A DNA stretch of 64,000 nt, taken from Octopus sinensis. Lineage: Eukaryota. Positions 1-11,490 of the stretch are shown here, piece by piece. The stretch covers positions 45,074,001 to 45,138,000 of the forward strand of contig NC_043007.1 in assembly GCF_006345805.1 (NCBI RefSeq). Direction: 5' to 3'. The notes under the pieces were generated by a model, which did no database searches, was not told the origin of the DNA, and worked only from the letters and a program-made list of their open reading frames with translations. Within the stretch, counting starts at the first letter, position 1; every line of letters starts with the position of its first letter. The translations under genes were made by a program, and so were the position numbers.

Positions 1-43
1 TATTCTAATACAATGTAATGCAGTGTACATTAAATGGTATATA

Positions 44-112
44 CGAGGTCTGATCAATAAGTATGCGGACTGTTGCCATAGTAACGAAGCTAAAGCACGC
101 AAAGTAAAGCCG
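44..112. mobile_element. mariner-like transposon terminus (fragment)
   Basis: TA followed by CGAGGTCTGATCAATAAGTATGCGGACT, resembling mariner TIRs; no partner TIR seen in the window. Confidence 0.5.
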
Positions 113-175
113 CTTATTTCTTTATTGCCCACAAGAGGCTAAACATTGAGAAGACAAAGAAAGACAAAGGGATTA
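113..175 (-). mobile_element. 5'-truncated SINE-S1 'tail B' fragment
   Basis: Reverse complement matches the tail of copies at 6475-6540 and 20992-21057 (..TTTAGCC(C/T)CTTGTGGG..TAAAGAAATA(A/G)G). Confidence 0.7.
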
Positions 176-234
176 TATATATATATTTATACATATATAT
201 ACATAAACACACACATACGTAAACTAAAACAACT

Positions 235-260
235 GCTACTAGTACTATCACTAAATCTCA

Positions 261-334
<74 letters not shown>
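235..334. repeat. (TAC)n microsatellite
   Basis: Directly visible. Confidence 0.95.
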
Positions 335-336
<2 letters not shown>

Positions 337-698
337 TTGATGTATGTTGACGAGGTTAAGTGTTTTGGCGAACGGTTTAATGAAGTTCCATGTCGTTTAT
401 TACAACGAAAGTATTCAAAACTTAATGAATGCAGGTTAGATAGTTAATCACATCTATCTATTTCTTTCTCACTCCCTTTCTCTTTCCATTTTCCCCCTCG
501 ATCTATCTATTTCTTTCTCTCCCTTACTATTTTTCTCATTATTACTCTTGCGTGCATGTATGTACTTGCACGTATGTGCATATATATACGTACACACATA
601 TGCACATTATAGCCACATATATTAGGCGTATATGAGCATATAAACCTACCTACCTACCTACCTACCTACCTAGAATATTCGATAGTAATAGTGGCATT

Positions 699-1002
699 GT
701 GGAGGCACATGGCCTAGTGGTTAGCGCAGCGGACTCGCGGTCGAGGCATCGCGGGTTCGAATCTCAGACCGGACGATGTGTGTGTTTATGAGCGAAAGAG
801 CTAAGCTCCACGCGGCTCCGGCAGAAGGTGACGGCGAACTTCTGCTGACTCTTTCGCCACAACTTTCTCTCACTCTTTCCTCCTGCATCTTGCAGCTCAC
901 CTGCGACGGACCGGCGTCCCGTCCAGGTGAGTAACCTATACGCCAAGGAAACCGGGAAACCGGCCCTATGAGCCAGGCATGGCTCGAGAAGGAACAAACA
1001 AC
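699..1002 (+). mobile_element. tRNA(Arg)-like SINE (octopus OR-type), head A + tail 1, full length
   Basis: A box TGGCCTAGTGG, TCG in anticodon-like position, B box GGTTCGAATC; (AAC)-rich end; perfect 12-bp TSD AATAGTGGCATT at 687-698 and 1003-1014. Confidence 0.9.
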
Positions 1003-1062
1003 AATAGTGGCATTATTAATAATAGCATTTATGGTAAAAGTAGTTGTGGTGATATTTACCAG

Positions 1063-1114
1063 AGAGCCAGAGCACCTGAACTACGGCGTACGAGAAGCGC
1101 CAAAGAAGAAACGA
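1063..1114 (+). other. candidate 52-nt coding micro-exon (EPEHLNYGVREAPKKKR)
   Basis: TTTACCAG acceptor, GTAAGT donor, non-repetitive open frame; weak polypyrimidine tract; no homolog recognised. Confidence 0.3.
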
Positions 1115-1345
1115 GTAAGTATCACGACCCCCATTTGACCAAAGCACACATTTGAACCAAGTGCACCAGAGCTTGTCATTCAATGATTGGCTTACATAGG
1201 TAGCTGCGGGTTTACCGCTCTTTCTCATACATGATCTTCGGACACGAAAAGCTGCCATCACAGCTGTAGTAACAGTATAGCAGGTATTTGTAGTCGTAGT
1301 AATTCTAGTTGCGGTAGCGATGGTAGTAATATTTGTGGTGGTGGT

Positions 1346-1561
1346 TTAAGGCAGCGAGTTGGCAGAATCGTTAGCCCGCCGGGCAAAATGATTAGCAGCT
1401 TTTTATCTGTCCATACGTTTTGAGTTCAAATGTTACTGAGATGAGTTTGACTTTCATAATTTCGAAATCGATAAAATAAGTACCAGTTGAGCACTGGGGT
1501 CGATGTAAGTAACTTATCCCTCCCCCAAAATTGCTAGTCTAGTGCCAAAATTTAAAAACAC
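1346..1561 (+). mobile_element. SINE-S1 (GGCGGCGAGCTGGCAGA.. family), full length
   Basis: Pol III A/B-like boxes (TGGCAGAATCG, GAGTTCAAAT); 16-bp TSD with 1 mismatch at 1330-1345 and 1562-1577. Confidence 0.85.
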
Positions 1562-1627
1562 TATTTGTGGTCGTGGTGTTGCTTTAGAATTAGCTGCAGT
1601 AATAGTAGTTGTAATGACAGTAGTAAT

Positions 1628-1950
1628 GGCGCAGTCGTTAGAACGTTGGGCTCACAATCATAAGGTAGAGAGTTCCATTCCCGGACCGGGCTGTGTGTTG
1701 TGTTCTTGAGCAAGACACTTTATTTCACGTTGCTCCAGTTCTCTCAGCTGTAGAAATGAGTTGCGACGCCACTGGTGCGAAGCTGTGTTGACCTTTGCCT
1801 TTCCCAAGGGTAACAACAGTGGCGTGGAGAGGGGAGGCTGGTATGCTACTGGGCTTCCATAAACAATTTTTCCCAGACTTGTGCCTCGGAAGGTAACTTT
1901 CTAGGTGCAATCCTATGGTCATCCATGACCGAAGAAAGGTTTTTTTTACC
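1628..1950 (+). mobile_element. tRNA-derived CORE-type SINE, head B + tail 3
   Basis: tRNA-like head, then GTGTTCTTGAGCAAGACACTTTATTTCAC core; same structure as 10409-10764. Confidence 0.85.
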
Positions 1951-2583
1951 TTAGTAGTAAAAATTATTGAAATAGTTTTAATGATGGTTACAGAATAAAC
2001 ACCAGTAGAAATATAGCTGCTCTGGTAGCAGCAGAGCAAACAGAGTGGTTGAATTACGGGGTGCAACAGCTAAGCAGTGAAGCATATAAATACAAGATTA
2101 TTACCAGTTCAAATATACTTGGGGCAGTAACAAACCCATTCACTGTGTTTTGTCCTGGAGAAAAATTCTCGCTGTAAACAAACGGTGTATTGTGTAGTTG
2201 TTGAAATGACAGTAGAAACAGCATTTGTAGTGGTAGTAGATACTTTGGTTGTTTTATGTATGATAGTGGCGGATCTCCGTCGTTTGACGATGGGGATTCA
2301 GTTGTTCGATCAACTGAACGTGTAAATTCTTGAACATTCCATAGACGTGTGTATTCTTCCGTCATTGTCAACTACAATCGGAGTGATATTGCGTGATAAG
2401 GCTGAATCTTTTGTTAGTTACAAGTTTCCGTCTATCCAGTCTCACTCACAAGGTATGAGCCATCTCGAGGCTCTGGGAAATGGAATCTGCTTAAGAGAAC
2501 ACGCTTGGGGATGACCTGAGATCTGAGACCTTATAGCTGCAAAACAAAATTGTTATTCACTCAGCCGTACTGCACATGAGTGC

Positions 2584-2614
<31 letters not shown>

Positions 2615-2651
2615 ATATAATATATATATATATATATAATATATATATATA

Positions 2652-2689
<38 letters not shown>

Positions 2690-2691
<2 letters not shown>

Positions 2692-2850
2692 GTCAATTCA
2701 AATAAATAAATAATAAAATCACTACACAACAAAAAGACATGCACAATGAATGTATTAACTTGACTCTCGGTAAAAAGAATTTCCGGCGTTTGGAGCATAG
2801 CTCTTCGTCGGAAAGTTCAAATAAGGAAAAGAAATCGCCAACAGCACGTG
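2690..2850 (-). mobile_element. Penelope-like terminal remnant with degenerate hammerhead
   Basis: Minus strand CCGACGA-A-GAGC-TAT-GCTC-CAAAC; similar to 48860-49041; 3' end abuts (TA)n. Confidence 0.6.
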
Positions 2851-3044
2851 TGTTGCGACATGGACTCTCTCGTCGAAGACGACTTATGAGTGTTCAGCTT
2901 TTGTCGGGCGATCTACACAACATGATTTGTTTATAATGATCAAATGTATCAGCTGTACATTAAGCTCACTCCTTCCATCAAAATCGACATTGCCCGAACA
3001 GATGCATTGTGAACTACGCGTCAAGCAACGAAGTCATCGCAGAG

Positions 3045-3160
3045 GGACGTGAGATGCAGTGTTTTGCACACGAACACAACACACCACCCGGTCTAGGAAT
3101 CGAAATCACGATCTCGCGATCGTGAGTGCAACATCCTAACCACTAGACCAGGCGCCCTCA
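3045..3160 (-). mobile_element. CORE-type SINE head, degenerate
   Basis: Reverse complement shows TGGTCTAGTGGTTAGG A box and ATTTCGATTCC B box. Confidence 0.7.
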
Positions 3161-3517
3161 TACACACACATATACACACACACATACACACATGCATCAT
3201 AGATAAAATTATGTTGGATTACGTAAAGTAATAGGTACATACAATTAGTGCTCAGGTGGACTTGCTGCCTAAACTCCGACTTGCACTGCAACAGAGAATG
3301 CAAGGATGTTATAGCTGCCGAATGAAGATTGGTTATAGGCAGCATTTCAAACGTGCTAGTACATATATCATAGAATAAGTCTACAAACAGGCAAACAACT
3401 GTTGTCCGATCACATTATGACATTATTTAAACATTGACGCTGCATGAGGGTAGAAATTAATAGTTCAGGAATAATAATACAGGAGGAGATTTAATTTTGA
3501 GAGATCATAAAAGAATA

Positions 3518-3740
3518 AATATTGATTTCAAATTGTGGTACAAGGGCTGGAATTTCAGAGTAGTGTGAGACGATTAAATTGACCCCAGTGCTCAACTGGT
3601 ATTTACTTTGTCGACCCTGAAAGAATGAAATGTTAAAATCGACCCTGACAGCATTTGAACTCGGAAAGTGAATTCGGAAGAAATGCCACTAAAAGTTTTT
3701 TCCCCGGATGCAGTATCTATTCTGCCAACTCGCCGCCTCA
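3518..3740 (-). mobile_element. SINE-S1
   Basis: Reverse complement of the S1 consensus from head to tail A. Confidence 0.8.
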
Positions 3741-3898
3741 ATTGATAGCTATTAATAATATTTGGTAGATGCTGGTATTATCCCAGAACAGTTATAATAT
3801 GATGGAAAAAGCCGGCTGCTGCGAATTTCACTGTTTAGGCATTTCATCTTAAAACAGCTGTAGGGATATACCTACATATCTTATTTCTTCTTATCCAG

Positions 3899-4071
3899 AT
3901 TTGGATTCTACCTATGATGACTGCTTTACCTACTAATGTCAATACATGGATTTACCTGATGGCTGTTTTGAAGAGAATACCAGCATATATCAGAAACTTT
4001 ACGAACATTCATCAACTGATCGTTTTTTATTGACCTGTTGCGATTTAAACTCCTGCAACATTCTTCTCTAG
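3899..4071 (+). pseudogene. candidate terminal exon of a Ly6/uPAR (three-finger, LU-domain) protein with an in-frame TAA
   Basis: Strong acceptor TTATTTCTTCTTATCCAG; translation LDSTYDDCFTY*CQYMDLPDGCFEENTSIYQKLYEHSSTDRFLLTCCDLNSCNILL*; terminal CCxxxxCN signature. Confidence 0.45.
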
Positions 4072-4225
4072 CCTCACATTTTTTAATGTATAGACATATA
4101 ATTCTCACAATCAAACCTGATATCAGCTGTTTGCCTGTTTGTATCTTTATTTTATTTAGCATGTATACAAGCATACATACATATACATAAATATATATAT
4201 ATGTGTGTGTCTGTGTGTGTGTGTT

Positions 4226-4406
4226 TTATTTAATAAGCACAATATATATTTTTAACGGCTACTATTAATTTCATGCGATGAAATAATCTCAGACAGCATT
4301 TAAAAAAAATTTCATCGCATAAAATTAATTGTAGCTCACAAAGATATATATTGTGTTTATTAAATAATATTTATCTGTCACCAGATGGAGTTTTTTGTTG
4401 AACTTA

Positions 4407-4408
<2 letters not shown>
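4226..4408. mobile_element. self-inverted Penelope-like terminal remnant
   Basis: About 60-bp inverted arms at 4226-4285 and 4309-4367; ends TTACCA-(TA)n. Confidence 0.5.
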
Positions 4409-4491
<83 letters not shown>

Positions 4492-4542
4492 GGTAAAAAA
4501 GGCAAGATAGAAAATGCTAAAATAAATTTATAAAAAACATTT

Positions 4543-4578
4543 CAGTACCGGTTTCAGTCACTGAGACTTTTTCAGCTG
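4543..4578 (-). ncRNA. minimal type I hammerhead-like motif (core CUGAAAA)
   Basis: CAG-CTGAAAA-AGTC-TCAGT-GACT-GAAAC-CGG-TA-CTG: stem I CAG/CTG, stem II AGTC/GACT, palindromic stem III ACCGGT. Confidence 0.55.
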
Positions 4579-4779
4579 TAACAATTAAATAATTAAATTA
4601 GAAAAAGTTAAAAGAAAAGTTTTTAAAAGAATATTTGTATAGTGTTCAAATACAAGTGGCATTTTCCTTGTTTCTGCCTGTCTCTGTCTCTCTTGTTTAC
4701 TCTTGTATACATAGATACATACGTACATAGATACATACATACATACATACATACATACATACATACATGTACATACATA

Positions 4780-4845
<66 letters not shown>

Positions 4846-5085
4846 ACGATATCGAAAATAAATGGCTTTTAAATGTATTATGTATGTTAATTCGTAATGA
4901 TGTAAATGTTTATATTCTTTTGAAATAACTGTAGAGCACGTTTTAATTATGAATTATATGTGAACATTAAGCTTTTCTGCTATTTATTCTCTTTTCTATA
5001 TGTATATAACTATAGTTATGTCTGTCTGTCTATCTGTATGTATGTATGTATGTACGTATACATACATACACATATACATATATAG

Positions 5086-5180
5086 TACAGTACTGTTTCT
5101 ACTGCGCGGATTTTCACCTATTGCGGGGTGTGTGTGTGTGGAACGTAACACCCGCGATAGTCGAGGGATTACTCACTGTA
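5086..5180. mobile_element. pogo/Tigger-like MITE remnant
   Basis: TACAGTA.. start and ..CGCGATAGTCGAGGGATTAC..TGTA end resemble Tigger TIRs. Confidence 0.4.
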
Positions 5181-5215
5181 TATTATTTCTGTTAAATACA
5201 TACATACATTGCTAT

Positions 5216-5448
<233 letters not shown>

Positions 5449-6067
5449 TTGAAACGAAAGACATCGATAGCAAGAGATAGAGAGACAGACACACAGACGC
5501 ACAGACGCACACGTACGCGCGCTCGCACGCACACACACATACATACAAATAAGCTACTGCAGATTTTTCTTTACCCGATTTCATTCACCAGATTTGCTTA
5601 ATCCAAGAAACGTTTCACTGTGTACTGTGAACTGGAGTCGAACCTAAAACGATCTTCTTAATCATAGGCTCATTCATGCACCCTGTAGTATTTAATCACA
5701 TCACTTGAGAAGATGAGTTCGAACTGTGCCGAATACACCATTGTTTTTTCCTTGCTATGGGCAGTGATCGTCTCTGTAAACTTCTAAAGAACAGAGGAGA
5801 ATGTCGTAAACCCATTGGAAAGTGTTTCCGTTGTTTGTATTTATAATGGCAGAATTTTGGAGCTAGATTTCTAAGTCATATGTAGATGATATCTACAAGC
5901 AAACTAGAAGCAGTGAAGGGCATTTGAATCTATAGAAGGGTGCGCTTCCTTAGGGAGTACAGCAAATAAATAGGTCAGTAAATAAATAGGTAAAAAAAGA
6001 AGAGAAGAATGATAACACAACCTTGAGATACGCTAAATTAGATGTATTAGAGATCGTAGATATTTTA

Positions 6068-6275
6068 ACATTGGTTTCAAATTTTGGCACAAGGCCAACA
6101 GTTGTGGGGGAGGGTTCACGTCGTTTGCCAGTGCTCAACTGGTACTTATTATATCAATCGTCAAAGGATGAAAAGCAAAGTCGACACCGGCAATTTTTAA
6201 ACTCAGAATATGAAGTCGAAGGAAATGCCGCTGAGCACTTTTTCCAACACGGCAACAACTCTGGCAGCTCGCAGC
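6068..6275 (-). mobile_element. SINE-S1, degenerate
   Basis: Reverse complement of the S1 consensus. Confidence 0.75.
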
Positions 6276-6306
6276 TTTAGATGTAGTTGTAATATTAGTT
6301 GCGTTA

Positions 6307-6915
6307 AAGGCAGTGAGCGAGCAGAATCGTTAGCACACCGGGCAAAATGCTTAGCGGTATTTCGTCTGCCATTACGTTCTGAGTTCAAATTCCACTGAGG
6401 TCGACTTTGCCTTTCATCCTTTCGGGGTCGATTAAATAAGTACGAGTTACGCACTGCGCTCGATGTAATCGACTTAATCCGTTTGCCTGTCCTTGTTTAT
6501 CCTCTCTGTGTTTAGCCCATTGTGGGTAGTAAAAAAATAGGTATTCGTCTGCCGTTACGTTCTGAGTTCAAATTCCGCCGTGGTCGACTTTGCCTTTCAT
6601 CCTTTCGGGGTCGATTAAATAAGTACGAGTTACGCACTGCGCTCGATGTAATCGACTTAATCCGTTTGCCTGTCCTTGTTTATCCTCTCTGTGTTTAGCC
6701 CATTGTGGGTAGTAAAAAAATAGGTATTCGTCTGCCGTTACGTTCTGAGTTCAAATTCCGCCGTGGTCGACTTTGCCTTTCATCCTTTCGGGGTCGATTA
6801 AATAAGTACGAGTTACGCACTGGGGTCGATGTAATCGACTTAATCTGTTTGTCTGTCCTTGTTTGTCCACTGTGTTTAGCCCCTTGTGTATAGTAAAGAA
6901 ATAGGTATTTCGTTC
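6307..6915 (+). repeat. SINE-S1 head plus three tandem ~182-bp body+tail B units
   Basis: GGTATT(T)CGTCTGCC unit starts at ~6356, 6541 and 6723; units near-identical. Confidence 0.92.
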
Positions 6916-7217
6916 GTTTGATTTCAAAATTGACTTCGCATCTCATCGTTTCAGAGTCGATAAAATAAAGTCCTAGTCAATGTAATCGAGCGATCTGTCA
7001 CCTCCAGTTGATGGACTTGTGGTGTTAATATTAGCTGTATTACATTTTGTTCATTTAAATGTAATAGTAGCAGTAGTCTGGTTAACAAATTTGCTTTTGT
7101 GGGGAGTAACCTCTCTATGACTTTTGTGTGTACAAGTTATTTATTTACCGACCGTTAAGAGTTCAAACCTAATCGAGATCAACTTTGTCTTTCATCCTTC
7201 TGGGGATCAATCAAATA

Positions 7218-7430
7218 ATGGTTTTGGTACAAGACCAGCAATTTCGGAGGAGAGGGCAAGTCGATTACTTCGATCCCAGTACTCAACTGGTACTTATTTA
7301 TTTTCGACATCGAAATGTTGAAAGGTGAAGTGGACCTCGGCGGAATTTGAATTCAGGACATGAAGACGGATGAAATGCCGCTAAGCATTTCGCCCGGTGT
7401 ACTAACGATTCTGCCAGCTCGCCGCCTTAG
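7218..7430 (-). mobile_element. SINE-S1
   Basis: Ends ..CTGCCAGCTCGCCGCCTT on the + strand (reverse complement of the S1 head). Confidence 0.8.
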
Positions 7431-8534
7431 GATCAATCAAATAATACCAGTTAAAAGAGATGAATATGCAGAGTCGTTTGAGCAATGGACAAGATGTCTT
7501 GTATTGTGTTATGAACCTCGATGTTCTGAGTTCAAAATACGCCGAAGTTGACTTCACATTTTATCCTTCCGTTGCTGATAAAATAAAGTAACAATCAAAT
7601 AACCGGGTTCAAGCTAATCGATTTTATCCATTCACCAAAATATGTGACCTTGTGCCAATGTCAGAAATGATTGTAAAAGAAAAGCGAAGCAACAAAAAAA
7701 TGCGCAAAATAATCTCTACCAACAACGCATATACACACGCATACTCAGACACGCACGCGCGTGCGCACACAGCCCCCTGCATTCATGTCGGTTTTCATTG
7801 ATATTAATGTCAGTTTTGTAAAGTACCTTTTCCTATAGTTAAAAAAATAATAATTAATGGAGTTTTGCATCTCTTTTATGAATTGCACTTCGAGTTGTCA
7901 ATGTGATGAAGCTGAGGAAACTTGAAGAAAATAAAAAATAAAATTAACGAATAGAAATTGAATTGCACAAAATTAGTGTGAAAATAATTGATATGTTTTT
8001 CTTCTTCTTCTCGAACCTATTTGCATAAGTCATCATACCTAATTGATTAACTGTTTATTTCTGTACTTAATTATCTCATGTATTAATTAGTATAGAGTAA
8101 CAGTCAGTTATGTGGATAGAGAGTTATAGCAGGCTATAACCGTGGTTCGTCGTAGTATCAACCACGATGAACTACTGCGTTCATTCCGTCACTCAACTAG
8201 CTGCAGTTCATTCGACCAGTTTATGCGGTCGTAAATAGGAACCCTGCGGAGTAATGGCTATGCTGTGGGAGCAGTTACGGTGTCTTTCAGGTTCGATAAC
8301 TCGGACAGCTAGAAAAAGCAATTAAGTTTCCCTTATATGAATATCGTGTGTGTAACCGTGGTTCGTTATACTATCAACCATACTGGTCGTCTTAGAAATT
8401 AAGAACACTTTGAATAACTTAATTTTTGGCAATAAAAACCAATGCATTTAACTAGGACTGGTCTGATATGGGACTCATAAACAGCAGCACCAAGATTTTT
8501 GGTTTGGAATTCTTACTTTAAATATTTCTATATT

Positions 8535-9764
8535 CGGATCTTTTCAATTCTGAAGCCAGTTTTTTCAAATTTTTCCTACTGAACCAAACAATTTGAAACT
8601 TCGTATACTGGTAGAATGTGTCAAAAGTAAACTTAATTGTAAACCAGAATGAAAACGGAATTGTAACTTCTAAGTTTAACGTTGTTTAATAATTAGAATT
8701 TTAACCAATGATATTCCGTCATTCGGCTTTATTTTATTTACTCCGTCTCGACCACCAATTTGGTGACGTATTAAACATCTTAAATGTAAACAAGCCGCAT
8801 GCCTCCGTGAAATCTCCTTCTAATTATTTAACGTACTCATGTTTCCAGGATCCTATAGTCAGCCACCTTCTAATAACAATATTTAAAACTAGTTAATAAG
8901 CCACATGTATTAAATTGAAAATGTTTCCATTCTGTAGTACTTGCTTTCGTTTGCTATTAAGAAGTGGCATCTCAGTGACGAGGCTTCTAACAAGATTTCG
9001 TTTCTAAGCTAATGCGTTTCATTTCACTTATTGTATTTATTTGTGCAAAAGGCAAGAAATTTAATATTAAAAAAGTAAAGAGCTGGCAGAAACGTTAGCA
9101 CGCCGGGCGAAATGCGTAGCCGTATTTCGTGTGCCGTTACGTTCTGTGTTTGTTTACAGTTTTCCGAACGTTAGTACGTCACAAAAGCGCTTTCTACGTC
9201 ACACTAATAGAATGCAGTCAAGTTTTCTTCTTTAAGACTCCGCCGGTTACGACGACGAGGGTCCCAGCTGATACGATCAACGGAACAGCTTGCTCGTGAA
9301 ATTAACGTGCAAATGGCTGAGCATTCCACAGACACGTGTACCCTTAACGTAGTTCTCGGGGATAATCAGCGTGACACAGAGAGTGACAAGGCTGACCCTT
9401 TGAAGTACAAGTACAACTCATTTTTGCCAGCTGAGTGGACTGGAGCAACGTGAAATAAAGTGTCTTGCTCAAGGACACAATGCGTCGCCGGGAATCGAAC
9501 TCACAACCTTACGATCATGAGCCGAATGCCCTAACCACTAAGCCACGCGCCCTCACAGTCAAGTTTTACACATGAAAACAAACAATCTGATTGGTTAAAA
9601 TTCGCAGTTTTAATCTACGATTAAAGTCATAAAATAGATTTTTCTTAAATAAACTAGTTCCAACCTGTGTCTTGTTTTGCTAGACTCTATCAGCATACGA
9701 AGTTTCAGAATATTTAGTTAAGTAGAAAGATCTGTGGTCCTGGCTTCAGAATTGAAAAGTTCCC
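8535..9764. mobile_element. non-autonomous DNA transposon with long imperfect TIRs (superfamily unassigned)
   Basis: Perfect 20-bp inverted match 8540-8559 / 9740-9759, plus further inverted blocks (GAAACTTCGTAT/ATACGAAGTTTC; AATTTTAACCAAT/ATTGGTTAAAATT). Confidence 0.65.
9227..9555 (-). mobile_element. CORE-type tRNA SINE, head B + tail 2, full length
   Basis: A and B boxes on the minus strand; perfect 12-bp TSD CAGTCAAGTTTT at 9215-9226 and 9556-9567. Confidence 0.92.
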
Positions 9765-10261
9765 TATATTCATGTTTTGCAAATAAATTAACACTATACA
9801 GATGACTTTTTTTGTGGTTCAACTAGAAGAGGAAGCCTTTTAATAATATCTGAGACTGCTACTGCTGCAGCTGATGATAGTGGTAAGGGTAGAAGTTACC
9901 GTTTCTTTTGCGACAATAGCAAAGCAATACGTTGAGACACTCGAGGTATTCCCATAACGGATTTTTGGTCGAACGCCTGCAGGTGAGTGGAAACCACCTG
10001 CAGGTTTATACCCAAGTTCCACTTGGTAGCGTTATTTTAAGTGGAATATTTGGTCTATCAGTAGTAGCAGGTTCGTAGTAGTGGGGGATTGCCTGACGTA
10101 TGTATTACGGCCAATGACTGGTAGGGTGATGTACTTAATGACTTATTCTCCCCAATAACAGGTAAGTGATGTATTTAATGGACGTTAGTATTGCCATCAA
10201 TAATCGGTACTTTTCAACAAGCTTGTACACTGCTGGTGTTAATATTCTATCGGTAAACAAA

Positions 10262-10845
10262 GCGGCCAGTTGGTAGAATCGTTAACACGCCGGGAAATTT
10301 GCTTAGTGGCATTTAGTCCGTTTTTACATTCTAATGTGCGAATTCTGCCGAGGTCGACTTTGCTTTTCACCCTTTCGTGGTCGACAAAATAAGTACCAGT
10401 TAAACACTAAAATGGTTAAAGAGATAAGACCCCCCCTTCGGTCATGAGTGACCATGGGATTACTCCTACAAAGTTACCCTCCGAGGCACAAGTCCGAACA
10501 AAGTTATTTTATGGAAGACCAGCAGTCGCTCATACATACCACCCTCCCATCTCCACACCACCAGTGTTATCCAAGGGAAAAGCAAAAGTTAATACAGCTT
10601 GGCACCAGTGACATTGCAATTCATTTATACAGCTGAGTGAATTGGAGCCACGTGAAATAAAGTGTCTTGCTCAAGAACACAACACAGAGCCCGGTCCCGG
10701 GAATCGAACTCACTACCACCCGATTGTAAGCCCGACATTCTAACCACTGAGCCATGCACCTTCACAGTTGAGCCCTGGGGTTAATATAATCAACTTAACC
10801 CATATTCCCAAATTGTTGGCCTTGTGGCCAAAATACGAAACCAAT
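10262..10845 (+). mobile_element. SINE-S1 split by a nested SINE
   Basis: S1 5' part 10262-10408 resumes at 10765. Confidence 0.8.
10409..10764 (-). mobile_element. CORE-type SINE, head B + tail 3, nested in S1
   Basis: Homologous to 1628-1950; degenerate TSD CAGTTAAACACT/CAGTTGAGCCCT. Confidence 0.85.
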
Positions 10846-10965
10846 ATTCTATCAAGAAACGAATACTTTACTTCTTATTCCCCAAGACAAAATAATAGTT
10901 GTCATCAAACTGTCACCCCTTAATTTTTAGCATCATCTATAATATGCCGAGAATGTAGCAATATG

Positions 10966-11015
<50 letters not shown>

Positions 11016-11149
11016 TGTGAGTAAGGAATCACGAGGTATGAGTGGTGAGTGAGAAAATAATGCAGTTAGTGACAGTTTTGGCGGGTTGGAGAGGCATTTA
11101 AAAATGGAGTCGGTCAAACTGAATTTATGACACTGTCATAAGGATGGTA

Positions 11150-11315
11150 GTTGTGATGGTGATGATGGTAATGAGGAAGAGGAAGAGGAGGAGCAGGAGC
11201 AGGAGGATAAAGATGATGATGGTGATGAATATGACAATGATGAACATGATTATGATGATGATGATGACGACAACAATAATCACGATGATGACGATGATGA
11301 TGAATATAATGAAAA

Positions 11316-11369
<54 letters not shown>

Positions 11370-11490
11370 CACGATGATGATAACAAGGATGACAATGAGG
11401 ATAATTATAATAATGACGAAGATGAACAAGACGATGATGATTATGATGATAATAATAATAATGATGGTGATGAAAACGATAATGATTATA
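11150..11490. repeat. degenerate (GAT)n microsatellite
   Basis: Directly visible; source of the poly-M and poly-I ORFs. Confidence 0.9.

Noticed and set aside
699-775. tRNA-Arg gene
   Set aside because: It is a SINE head: continues into SINE body and tail and is flanked by a TSD
2936-3050. MIKCISC as an LU-domain N-terminal exon
   Set aside because: No acceptor or signal peptide, and it adjoins a minus-strand SINE; probably chance
6356-6915. CRISPR-like regular repeat
   Set aside because: Tandem 182-bp SINE units with no unique spacers, in a eukaryotic context
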